From NCBI GenBank assembly GCA_040357565.1, contig JBDODJ010000017.1: 64,000 nucleotides of DNA; one strand, 5' to 3'. This document shows, piece after piece, positions 12,481 to 24,831 of this stretch; the first letter of the stretch is position 1, and every line of letters starts with the position of its first letter. The position numbers were made by a program, and so were the translations under genes. This DNA comes from Cercozoa sp. M6MM. Its lineage: Eukaryota; Protista; Endomyxa: Ascetosporea. Below the pieces are notes generated by a model that did not search any database, was not told where the DNA came from, and worked only from the letters and a program-made list of their open reading frames with translations.

Positions 12481-13602
12481 ATGTCGCTTTGCGCGAATTG
12501 TGAGTCTGCTCAAAGCGTTGTTGAGTGTCGCACCTGCAACAAGAAATACTGCCAAGAATGCGACACTGGACTGCATCGTTCCGCCAAAAAACGAGGCCAC
12601 ACGAGAGTCAGTTTGGCAAAGAAACCCGCTCCAACTGAATCGGCGCTGAAAAGCGACGTCGTGCAGTGCGCTAACTGCGCGGCTGCACCAGCCGAAGTCG
12701 AGTGCCGTTCGTGTACAAAAAAGCTCTGTCGCAGTTGTAGCGATGGTTTGCACCGATCAAAGCGAATGCGAGGACATGTTATAGTGGAGTTGGGCTCTTC
12801 GAGTTCTGTCGCTAAACCGCGTTCTCCAGCTTCACCGTCCGCATCCATTAGGTCGCAAGACGACAGGTCGCTTCGGCCACCTTCCCCAAGTGCTTCGCGA
12901 AGTGCTTCAACGCGTCAACCAGCGCATCAGTCAGCACACGCTCGAACAACCACACGACAAGTCGCAGACGCAGATGTGATCAATCTGCTTCGCGAAATCA
13001 ACAGTAACGTCAACCGCTTACGCGACGACACGCAGGTTTCGCAGTCACTCGGTGCACAGCTGCAGCATTTGGAGGCGCAGGAAATGTCGTACGGCCCGTC
13101 GTTGATCAAAGCTCCACCATCGGTGCTCACTCACTCGTTTGAGCGAGGCTTCTTTGAGATATCACTTCGAATGGACGCCTTACAAAAATGGCAGCAAAGG
13201 ACTCTGGAGGTACAACTGTAGTTTTCGACTCAGCTGACAACATAGCTTTTTGCTTAGCACGTTTCTCGAATTGAGGACAAACTAGACGGAGTGGAACCTG
13301 TAACACCGAGATACAGAAGAAGGCATGAACGATCAGGTGAGCGGTGTTTATCAGTACAACTGCTCGAAAATATTGCTACTTTGACAGAGCCTTCGCATAT
13401 ACCTTGGAGGCCAGGCTTCGCGGGCAAAACCGACAGGTTCGAACGATTGGGAGAGCGCGATACGCGATATGTCGCGCGGAAGCGAAATGATGCACTGCGT
13501 TGCGACTGTTGCGGCAAAGTGCGTCGTCCTCGCTCGGCACATCATCCAAGTCGTTCCAGACACAGGAATAGGCGAACTAGATACTACGCTGATGATTACT
13601 GA
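12481..13602 (+). CDS. Double B-box zinc-finger protein with coiled coil
   Basis: Two copies of C-x2-C-x8-C-x2-C-x4-C-x2-C-x4-H-x7-H (CANCESAQSVVECRTCNKKYCQECDTGLHRSAKKRGH; CANCAAAPAEVECRSCTKKLCRSCSDGLHRSKRMRGH). Confidence 0.85.
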
Positions 13603-13709
13603 GTTCATTCAGCTCTTACTGACACTGTGCATGTACAATCAGTACAAATCATACTGTACTAGGCGAAAAGACGTCTACTACTATGTCGTACATACTAGCA
13701 CGGGTTGTA

Positions 13710-15143
13710 TTAAATCAAAGGAACGGCGGCGTTGCGGAGCGTCAGTGACACGGGCGACAGGAGTGGTTCCTTGTTCTGCACTGACTCATCTGTCTTAGTT
13801 GAGGACTGCGCGTTGTTTGGGACTGACTGGCGTGACGGTATCGACGACTGTTGAACGGCAGGAGAACACGCTGCTTGCTGGACACTCTCTGACGTCTCAG
13901 CGCGAGTGGCATTTAATGCTTGCGTTTGCCGCTCAAGCTTGCCCATGATGACCTTCCGAAGCATCGAGCTTGAGGCATCTTCGCTCAGGTACTGCTGCAG
14001 GTCGTTCAGTGAAGACTGAGTGATTGCCATGGCTCTGCAAGCGACCTCACTGGCACTCACTGTTTCACACGGCCAACTCATCACAGGTACTGACATACGA
14101 GTTATATGGAAGTGCAATGTACCGGCTCGGATCAGCAGAGGTCTCGCTTTCGCCAGGTTGTCGCCAAAGAAGGCACTCATGAAGGGTTCGCTAAAGTGTG
14201 CAGGCAGATGCTTGGGAGCGGACAGTAAGGAAAGATGTTGAGCCGCCGTAAGTTGCTGCTGCTGTCGCACTCCAATGCCCTGCGCGACGGCCAGACGTGG
14301 CACGGCGAGAGAAGCACTTGAGCTACAAACACTTGCATTTATTGTTTGTGGCACGGATACTACAGTTGTATCATAAACTGTAGGCAAGCAACCTCGGCGA
14401 ACTGTGTGTTCGACGACGCTTGACTTGAGGTTCCTCGTCAACCTGTGTGCTTTCGGCACTTCGCGGACTCGCGGTGCTCGCAGCGCCTCTCTTGCTGCTC
14501 ACTACTTGTTCAATATCTGCTTCGTTGCCCCTTGCGCGCTGGCAGCGAGCGCACCGGCACTTTCCTTCGCACGCAATGCAAGTCCACAGGACGGGCTTTC
14601 TCTCCTTCTGCGCAGTGCGAGCAGCAGCGAACTTGCGCTGCGCCATTGTCACACCGTAGTACTGCCGCAGACAGCTGAGGCAGTACTTCTTTCGGCAACG
14701 TCGCTTGCCTCCAGTCTCGTGGTGGTTCAGACGATTGCAGAAAAGCAGTTCGTGCTCGTCGCGATGCAATTTGCACTGATGGCAGCTGGAACCCCGCTGT
14801 TTTAACGAAGGCATAACTGCTCACTAGTATTGTTAGTACCGTACTGATGGGAGGGATACCTTCTTCTCCGAGTCTAGGGTTTCTACATCAGCCAGTCGAG
14901 CCAGTATGGGCGGGAGTCCGTGTCTGCCTATCGAAGAGGCCGGTAGACGAGGTAGCGCTTGTCGCGAGAGCAGATCCAATGCTACAGCACATATATCCAT
15001 AGAGTCGAGACACAGATAAAATGCAGAGGCACAGTAGTACCCCTGAGTGCACACAGTTCTTTGTCTTCCGGCTCGTCAGTTGCTTTTGAGTCCGGTGTCT
15101 GGACTCTCGCTTTGACTGAGGCAGACTCGGAAGGAGAGCTCAT
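13710..15143 (-). CDS. zf-4CXXC_R1 zinc-finger protein (CDCA7/JPO-type finger)
   Basis: GSSCHQCK...LFC...CRKKYCLSCLRQYYG...WTCIACEGKCRCARCQR matches the zf-4CXXC_R1 pattern. Start codon uncertain. Confidence 0.8.
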
Positions 15144-15684
15144 ACTGTAGTGCCTGTTTTGCAAGCGCTTACTCTTCGAACACGACTGGAGTTTCTGAGA
15201 GATCCCAACTGAGGCTTGTGCCGAAGTACTGTTTTTCGGTGATAGAGAAGTCGGACTCCTAACTTGTCCGACTGTCTTTCCCTCTCGAAGAGCAAATACA
15301 CCTCTCAAGACTCTACAACGAAAGCACGGGATCTTAAGCACAAGCTTACATTGCTGACAATTTCTGGTTGAAAATCATGCCCACCCGATTTCGCTCGGAG
15401 CTTTCTCGGAAATGTAAAAATCGATAAAATGGATTTTCCGTACCACAGGGCGTCCAACGCTCTTTCAGAGTTATCGTAGAACAAACAGCCGACTCAGAAA
15501 GTGTTTTGTCGGAATTGCACACTGTACTGAAACTGCCGACACTCGCACGAGCTAATCGAAAAGTCCGAAAGTTTCGCCAGGGTAAAATACGAAAAACGCA
15601 TTTTCCTCCAGGGTCGATCAAACAACCAAAAACACAGTGCTCACAGTTACTTTTACTGTAGGTCATGTCTGGGCAAAAGAGCCA

Positions 15685-18600
15685 ATGTCTAGTAGCTCAG
15701 ATGCTCCAAGTGTCAGTTCTTCACTCTTTAGAGCCGTAGGGAGGGTTGAAAAGAGAGCACTCGCTGAGCAAAAAGCAATCCAGTTGAAATTGCAAGGCGC
15801 GCAGTTAGAGCAAGCGCGGGCACAAGGACAAACTGACGAAGAAACCCGACTGCGCCTAATTTTGGCAGAAAAGAACCGAAAGTATGTCGAACTACTGGCG
15901 CGAAAACAGCAGGCGCGCAGGAAGATTGGAGCGGATGTTGACCCACGCAATCTGCGAGAGCTGCGCAAAAGAAAAGCCGAAAAGTTGGTACACCGGATGA
16001 TGTATCGCTCAATGTTAAGTTCCTCATGTATGAAATGCACATCTCTGTGCTTTGTATTTGTAGCGTCAGCTTGTCGAGAAACGAGAAGCGCTCGAAAGCC
16101 ATCAGGAGCAGTTGTCGGCCGAACTTGTGGGGTTGGAGCACAAGTTCGAAAAGCAGCGACTGCAACAACTCGAAGGTTCAAGTTCCCAACAGGAACAACA
16201 CACAAAAATACCTGGCGGAATTGGAGAAACGTCGGAATTCCGCCTGGCTCAAAAGATGGCTGCTTCGAATTACAAGCTGAAAAAAGGTAAAGTTGATTGC
16301 ATCTCCCTGGACATAAATTTATCTGCAATACTTCCGGCTCTTTGACACGAACGCATCCACAGAGCAAGACAAACTTCTACGAGAACAGCGCGCGATTGAA
16401 AGAAGAATGCACGGCCTGGATAAAAGCGGGTACGCTTTCCTCGAGTACGAGCGAGCACAAAGAGAGGAAAAAGCAAGACCTTCGCAAGACGACGATTTGA
16501 AAGCGGAATCGGTCAGCACCAGCACGAGCGCGTTCGAGGGACTGTACCAGTTTCCGAACGAGAACGAAGGAGTCACGACTGACGTTCAGATCCAGGTGAA
16601 TATCGTGCCTTGCACTGTCGTGTTGTGAACAATAAAATTACCTGGATAACAGAACTTTGAGCGGCTGATCACTACTCGAGCCGAGCAGGAGAGAGAGGAA
16701 CTGTCCCGTTTCGATGCCATGTTCGCAGAGGGCTACTTTGATCAGAACCCTATAGAAACTCCGGTCGTTCCGCCCGTTCTTGACACTATGGCAACACGGC
16801 AGAAATCTGACGAAGCCCGGTCGAAACTCGCGTCGGAGCGACTTCGACAGTCATTTAAGAAAGTGAAAAATGCGACAGCTTTCGTGAATAAGCTGTCACA
16901 ACGGAAACAGCCACCGGCTGAAACAAAGCGTCGCTCGCCGTCTGCGAGTTCTTCGACCTCCGAATCGCCGTTTTCGACATCGATCTCGACTCCACATAGC
17001 TCGAAACTGAAGAAGGGACGTCGCACCGCTGGAAGAAGCAAAACTGAACGGAATGAGCTGAAACGTGAACGAGCTCGCCTCGAACGCGAACAGCAGCGCC
17101 TGCTGGAAGAACAAAAACAACAGATCGAACAACGCATGAGAGACCTGGAAAAGGCTCATGAGAACGCAAGACTGGAGGATCGCATGCGCGAGCAAAGCAA
17201 GCAAAAATACGAGCAACTCGAGCGAATTGAACGATTGGAGAAAAGGCTGCGATCTCGCACTCCGAAACGCACGTCAGAGCAGCCATTGGTGCCACCGTGG
17301 CCAATGCAACCCCCCTCGCCGCCTCCCAACAAAGACGATGCCGCGAGCGAAAAGGTCGCAAACATGCTGAGTCAACTAAACTCGCGACTGTCAAGTTTGC
17401 TTCCGATCCTGGCGCAAGAGGTGGCGATGCCACAGCTACCTGTGCCGCCAAGTGCGAATGCCCTCGTAGGACCACCGCAAGTCTCGCAAGCTCAGCAATA
17501 TCTTGCTCGAGCAGTTCTACCTGACACGAAACAGCGCTACGACTCGGACCCGGACATACAAGCGCTGACGCGAGAGCTTGCAAAACTCGATTTGCAACAC
17601 AAACTGGAGCAAAAGCGACTCGAACTTCAGCGAAAAAAGTCGAGACTCGTCTCTGTCGAAGAACGCACCTCAAGGCGTCTCGTGTCGGTAACAATTTTGC
17701 TATGCCGAATAGTTCTATTCGTCGTTGTGGTTTGTTTCCCGACAGAGTACTGAGGAGTCGGCTCTGTGGCGAAAACCCTTCCGCGAGAAGGACGGTCTGG
17801 CTTTGATGGTAAGAGCCTCATGTCTTGTGAATAAGAATACTCTGGAACATTCTCTGGTGTTTTTGTTTTCAGTTCGACTATGTGTCGCACCTGCCGAACG
17901 ATGTGTTTGCGATTCGACTGGTTGCTCAAGTCTTCATCGGACAAAGGCCGGTTGGAGAGGCTTTCGCCACCCCGTTCATCCGTGTGGGCCAAGCGAGCAA
18001 GCAAACAAGTTTCGACTCAACGTACGTCGAGCATTCTTACACGGGCAGTGTACTCGTCAACGAACGCTTCTTTGCCTGCAACTTCGCTGCTTCGGTTGAT
18101 GCCAACTGCATCGTGCGCTCAGTTTTTTATTTGACACCATCAACTGTAGATGTAACTCGTATTTATTGAAATGTGACGTGTAGGTGGAGGTTCAATCCAC
18201 ACTAGGAACCGACGTTCAGGCCGTGGCTTGGACCTTCATGCCCTTGTTTTTTCAACAGTCCGCAAACAAAAATGCCGAGTTCGACCGGCAGCTTTCGGAA
18301 ATGATTTTACAGAGCGAAGCTGAAGCTTCCCGTGCTGCCATGGTTTGCTTTCATCAAGCAACGTTAACATCTGTGACATCTTACGTTAAAGAATGTAGAA
18401 TGAAGAAGGCGAACTGAATTCTCGGCTGTACTGTCGACACTTTGAGGACACTTTACGGCACGAATTGCAGCACCACCGAGTGCCGAAATTATCGGCATTG
18501 CGCCGTGGAATGTTCAGACTACCACTGCTGCGACTGCCGATGAAAGTCGATATCACAAAACGCGATTTGCGCCGATTGCCGTCTCTGTTCGCACAATCGT

Positions 18601-21600
18601 TTCTGTACCTTCGGGTTGCACCTGCAGGTACCAAGATTTTAGACGATAAAGTTGATACATTTTCATAGCACGGATGCTACAGAATGGGCGGAAGAACATC
18701 CGACATCGAGCCCTTTCTGCGAGAATGAAAGCGAGGAGGTGTGCACCAGTTTGTACAGCGACGCGGAAGCGTCCAGACCGTTCGCGCAGACGCAGGAGTG
18801 GAACACGCTGATTTCGGACGAAATAAAACGCGTCTGTCACGAAGCGCTTGAACGAATTGACTTTGCCGATCACGAGAGCGAGTCCGAGAACTCCGTGGCC
18901 ACTTCAAAGGTCGAATCGGAAGAATCTGGGCATAATGCCTCTGAAGAGAGACGGCGAAAGGAATTGCAAGAAGTGGCACACATTGCGCGCTCCTGTGGCT
19001 TGCTGTTTGAAAATGTGCATTTAAAGTCAGACTTTGGTTTCCTGACTTTGCGCTTTTCGTTGCTTCCGCTGTTTAGGTACCCAAGAATTCAATTTTCCAT
19101 GTGAAATACTCTCCAATACTTCTGATAGTTTCGCTGCGTTCGAGAATCGATTCAGGACGCTTGGTGAGTTGCTTTCATTCAAACTGCAGGTGTCCGTGAT
19201 ATCCTTCTCATTAGTGATTGCTGATTCGCAGCCAATTGTTCGCCAAACGCATGGCAGGCAGCTGCTTTGTTGCTGCACCACATGCGTTCTTCACTTCCAA
19301 GACCGACGCAGATAACTCCTGTCATCGAAGAAGACGAAGGCGATTTCGGCTCGGAGTTGGAACATGTTGAAACGCTGAGTTCGATGCCGCACAGTTCGCG
19401 ACTGCTGTCGCAGGCAGGTTCTTCGCGCAGCTCTCGCACGAAAACTGCAACGCCACCTGTCTCAACTTCCTCTGCTGATCAATCTTCACGGCAAAGTGAA
19501 GGCACCGAAGGACAGCCAAGCAGACAGAGTGACGTACACGTGCCCGTTGACCGCGAAAGTGCTTTCCAGTGGCGCTCGCAGCTATCTCAGAGTAGGACTT
19601 ACACAGATCAGGTTATGTTGGTGCACTGTCTTTTTGTTGTGCAGTGGGAGCAGCGCAACGACCGATGCACTACGATCTGCAGGAGCGACGCATCTTTGAT
19701 TCGTCGCAGCTGCAAGAGTTCTTGGTACTGGCTAAACGAAATTAATATGAACATGAAAAACACTTTTAATTTTTGAACAGAAAGAACTCGCGAAGAAATG
19801 CGAACGCGAGCCGAATTTGACTTCAGTTCTCACGAAAACTGTGCTTCTGGTCGAAGCCATGGAAACCAACGCCGACGAGTCTCAAGGTCAGTTGTCTTGA
19901 AGACTTGATTGATATAGTTCATGCATGCTTCCTCTCCGTGTTCAGGATCTTCCAGTTCGCGTCTTCGCCGACGTTCCACTCTCGTGTCGCTTGGTGGAAG
20001 AAGTGTACACTGCCTCAACTCAGCAGTGCTAAGAAATGATACAGTAAAAATTCTTCTTCATATGTCTCACAGCGAACAGTGTCGACCCATTGGACTGCGA
20101 TTCCATTGTTTCGTTTCGAGCGGATCCAAGACGACCGTGAAGACAGCTGGATGGTCGACAGCTCGCGCCTCGACAGGACGAAACCAGAGGAAGCTCCCGT
20201 GATAATATTGAACACAGGATCCTTCGATCTGCCGCTGTTTCGCGGATCCTTTTTTGGCAAGCTTCGGTCAGGAACCGAGCTCACCATCGGTAAATTGACC
20301 TGGACTCTTTTACAAAGTAAGTGTAAGGTGTATGCTGGGTTGAAAATTTAGAACTGAAGAGAAAGCGCGAATTCTTGCTCAAAATGGCATCGTGGTTGCG
20401 CTGCCTGCCGGAGCGACGTCAAAGCGCATTCCTTGAGTACGCACAGAGCAATTTCGCAGAGTTCCCAGTGTCCACACTGACAGGCCAAGCGAGCACACAG
20501 ATGAAGCAAGCGGCGCGTGTGCACTGTCGCATCTTTGACGAGAACACGGTTCCGCCAGAGAAGCGCCCGCTGCTGCGAATGCCGTCGCTGTCGCAGACGA
20601 ATCGACTCTCACTGCAGCGAGTGTCGACGCTTTCCTTTGGTTCTGTCGAAGGCATGGACAAGTATGATGCTGATCTGATCTGTGCTGTAGTTAAAGCAAC
20701 ACTCTGTAGTACTGTTGTGGGCTGGGTGCCCGGCATGGTTGAAAGAGACGAAGAGAAGCGATTCGAGCGAGGAGTGGATCAGTTTGGTACAGTTTCCTTG
20801 AGTCTGCCTGTGCTGACGCAGATACGAAGAGACTGCACAGACTTGTACATTGACGCGGTTCGTTTCTTGGGCGACGACATCGACGGTGTGCGTGTGCGTG
20901 TGTCACTCGAGGGCGACGGGACGCGAGTCTGCCGCGAAGCAATCGATATCGACGCGCGACCTTTCGCTCAGCGATCACGACGCGGTAGATATTGTTCCGA
21001 CAACGCATGCAGTCTAACTTCTAAACCGTTTCATGTCTGTCCAGCTCGTGAATGGCGCGGGAGCAGCAACGTGGTCACTCTGTTCGACACGCGAGTGGAG
21101 GTGCGCTCTCTGGTGGACAGTGAGACACCTGCTGCCACATGCTCGCTCTTGTTCGCGATCGATTGCATTTCGCGTGCGCACGGCGACACTGACCGAGTCT
21201 TCAAAGGCTGCATCGGTGTTGCCACTCTGCCGCTCTTTTGTGACCCACTCAGCGTCGATCTGAGTGCACCGAAGCATGCGGATGCTGCCGATATCATGTT
21301 GAACGAGGGTGCCTTTCAGTTGCCTCTGCATCGGTACTTTCCACCCGCACTATAGTTATCTTGCACACGTACATCCTGGATTCAGCTCGAATGGAGGACC
21401 CGCACTGCCGTGTGCATCGATCCTGGTGCGCTTGAGGCAAGCACCGCGATCGCGCGACCGACTGCGCACCTTGAGTAAGCGCGATGTGCCGTCGGAGCAA
21501 TGGGCCGACCTTGGTCTAGAGGACACTCGCGTGCAGCAGTACACACCGGGTAACACGCTTGATCACTAGTGTGTCTTGGTACCACAGTACTGGAAACATG

Positions 21601-23246
21601 CCCACAGGAGGAGTAAACGCAGCGTACCGAGGAGGTGCGTATGACACGACGCGATGCGCGCCACATTCGCCCGTCGAGTCGACGCTGCTTGCGTAGATTC
21701 TTCTTGCTTTCTACCTGCGCCGTTGCTTTTCAGAAAGTGCTTTGGATAGTATGCGAGTGCAACAAGCGAAAGACGCGCAAGACAACGAAGTCTACGTGAC
21801 ACGCGGAACCGTGCCAGCCACTGCACGAAAGTACTTTGTGAGAGGAACTGACTTGCACTCGGCGGATGAGCAAGTGTCAGCTCTCGTGAGTCGCGGTGTC
21901 GCGTTGTCTGACGCAAAGGACGATTTCGCTGACTGTGATGTCACTGTACCTTCAGTTTCTTTTTAGTGGGAGGAAGGACCAGGGTTGGTGTGCAAATAGA
22001 AAAAGTACCCGCTCTCGTACTTCGCGCAATACAACGACGAAATCGGCATCGCTGTGTCCGTGGATGCAGGTATCTTTTGTGCTTTGGTTTTAGTATGCAT
22101 TGTTCTTGATTGTGACTGCGTAGCGTGGCGTTTGCCGCCGCCGGTGCTGACAAAAAAGGAGAAGAGAATCTTCAAAGGTCTCGACGATGCGCACAAGCGT
22201 ATGTACAACCACACCTGAGTAGACTTTCGCGACAGCTACCCCTTGCTGTCCGCCTGTATAGTTGGGGTGGTGGTTCCGTTGCTGTCGCCTTTTCCACCGA
22301 GTGCGTTCTACTGCGAAAAAGGCGAACGAAAGCGACTCGGCCAACTCGCCTTCACTCACTGCTTCAATGTAAAACGAGGTGCTTTCATTGATTTCAATTA
22401 AAAAGGGTTGTTGCTTGAGCAGTGGCGTTCGAGAGTGTTCTCGCCTGTCTACGTCGATGAAAGCACCCGTCCAACTGCACTGTGGAAAGACGTGGACCCA
22501 CATGTACAGTTTAATTGCATTCTTTTTTACAACATGAAAGCAAAAGCTGCATGACATGCGCGCAACAGGCCATTGTGGTGCTGGACTTGCGCCGACTCGT
22601 AGTATCTGCAAAAGGCAAAACGCAGTTGCTGCCATATGCATGGACTGCACTGAACCTGCTGCGTGCCAACGATGCGACCTACTGCAACGCCGGTGCCTTC
22701 CAGTTGCCGCTGCTTCAGGGCAAAGTGACCCACGCTCTGCTGCAGCGCTTGCACGAAATCCACACGCAGGAAGACACCGGCATGTCCTTCCTACGGGCAC
22801 TGCAGCAACTCGTGCGCGAGACTGAAGAACTCAAAGTGTTTCATGAAGGTGCTTCGTGCTTGCTTCGGGTTCAAGGTACCCTCTACTGTTCTCTTTGTTA
22901 GACTTGATTTTAAGACTACTACTGCACAGACCCGGCAAGAGGCGAGCTGCTGGAGCCTCCTCTACAGCCACAGTACCTGCGCAAAGAGCTGCTGTCATTG
23001 GCGACCAGTGACTTCAAGTACGACGACGATTTCAAATACGACTCATCGCAGGTGTCTTTGAGCGTCGAGCAGCAACGCAAGGCGCGCGACAAGGCCGCCA
23101 GTCGCTGGTTCGGCAAGAAGAGTCGCCTCGCCGAGTGCTCCGTGCTGCAGGATGTCTTACCGTCGTCGCTCGAGACCAGCGAGGTCACCGCTGTCATTCA
23201 GCGTGTCTTGATTGACTCGACACACGCCAGCTCTCATGAGCGTTAG
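15685..23246 (+). CDS. Very large coiled-coil protein with several CCDC17-like (C2-type) beta domains
   Basis: N-terminal coiled coils. Domain FREKDGLALM|FDYVSHLP..IRLVAQV..VEVQ..VAWTFMPLF..LRRGMFRLPLLRLP resembles the CCDC17 C-terminal domain. The related end motif recurs (VATLPLF..NEGAFQLPLH; AWTALNLL..NAGAFQLPLLQG). Could be two genes. Confidence 0.6.
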
Positions 23247-23536
23247 TTATACAATAAAAATTGAGTTAATATCCGTCGGTTGTACCCTCGCCTCACGTTT
23301 TGAAAGTCAAGTCAGGGAGCTGGTTAGTCACAGCATTTTTTAACACGATATAACAACCGGTACCGAGTCTCACCTTACGTTCGGTTAGCGAGCAGCCGCC
23401 ACGTACGGTAACGGATTATTCGATTTTCCCGAAAACGGCTGAACGGAAATGTCTCGGCCTAGCATGCCGCGATTTCCTTGTTGTTAGCGTGGGCGGAGCG
23501 GGGGGACTCGAGAGTTTAGGTCACTCGAGTTGCAGG

Positions 23537-24670
23537 TCACTCGCGTCGAGTCGCACGCCGGAACTCGTCGTCGGTCGCAACTTCAAAGCCGACGGCGTCC
23601 TCCAGGTCGCTGGCCCAGGAGACTCCGCGCTGGCGTGCCTCTTCCCAGAGCGACTTGACCAAGTCTTCCGTCTCGGGTCTGGCCGGCCATGCGCACACGA
23701 GGAATGCGTGCAGGTCACTGTCTGACAGGTCCTGTTGTCAGACACCAACATATGTGTCGACTTGGAGAGAGACAGCTGTGTGTACCTTGACTTGTTGGGA
23801 ACACCAAGAGACCAAAGCGGCGTCGTCGGCGGACAGCAAGGTGAGACAGAACTTGGCGCGACGAGCAGCGATGCAGAGAGTGTCGTCGTCCTCCCGCATG
23901 CAGAAGTCGAGCGCCTCCACGTAGTCGTCCCGTGCCGTCGGAGTGCCCGGCAGTGTCTTGATACTGTCCAGCGTGCGATTGAGTTTCTCCGTGTAGTGCA
24001 GCAGCAGGTTGCGACGCGGCTCGAGTGTGTAGTACGGCAGCAGCACGCAGGTTGCCCACCAGCGCATGATGTGCGACCAGCGGTGCGGCATGACCTCTCG
24101 CTGCGAGGCGCCAAAGATCGGCACCACGTACGCGTTCGACTCCGGCGTCGGCGCTAGCACGGCGTGCAACAAGTGCGTCGCGATGTTGCACACGTGCATC
24201 AGTTGCTGCTCTGCACGTACAATACATATATATACATATATATATATATATATTTATATTTATACATATATACATGCATGTAAAAACACAAGCATATAAT
24301 ATACACAAGCGTACGATTCTTGGACTGAAGCAGCAGGCTGGCGATGCTGTGGAGCTGGTCAAAGAGTTGCTTGAGTTCTGTCTGCTCGCGGAGCAGATCG
24401 CACAGGCGCAGACGTTTGATTCGGTTCAGCGTCGTTGTCATTTCGCCCGGGTCCTTGGTTGGTTTCTTCAGCCGCTGCAACTTCTCGACGACACTGGCCA
24501 CGCGCGAGTACTTTGGCGGCTCCACTTCAAGTGAATTTACGATTCTCTTCTGTCCATCACATGAATAACTCTCAATGAATCAAACGCTAAGACAACAATA
24601 CCACCGTCCACTCCGCAAGATCCGCATGCCGTCGCCTTCCTCGAACGACAATCCTGGCTATCCTACGCAT
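23537..24670 (-). CDS. Hypothetical protein with mitochondrial-presequence-like N-terminus (4 exons)
   Basis: MRRIARIVVRGRRRHADLAEWTV|KRIVNSLEVEPPK... splices in frame through GT-AG introns to ...RRATRRE*. High GC3 codon usage. Confidence 0.7.
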
Positions 24671-24831
24671 TTTACACTGTAGTAGCACGCGTCCTCACCT
24701 GTTTATGGCTTAAACCTGCGGTGCATGTCTCTTGTTTAAAAAATACCAACTCGTGCATTGTGCCAGCATAATAGCTCTAAGTGTGTGTTAGAACGTGTGT
24801 ATACATATTTAAAGGCATTGAAGCAGCTGAG

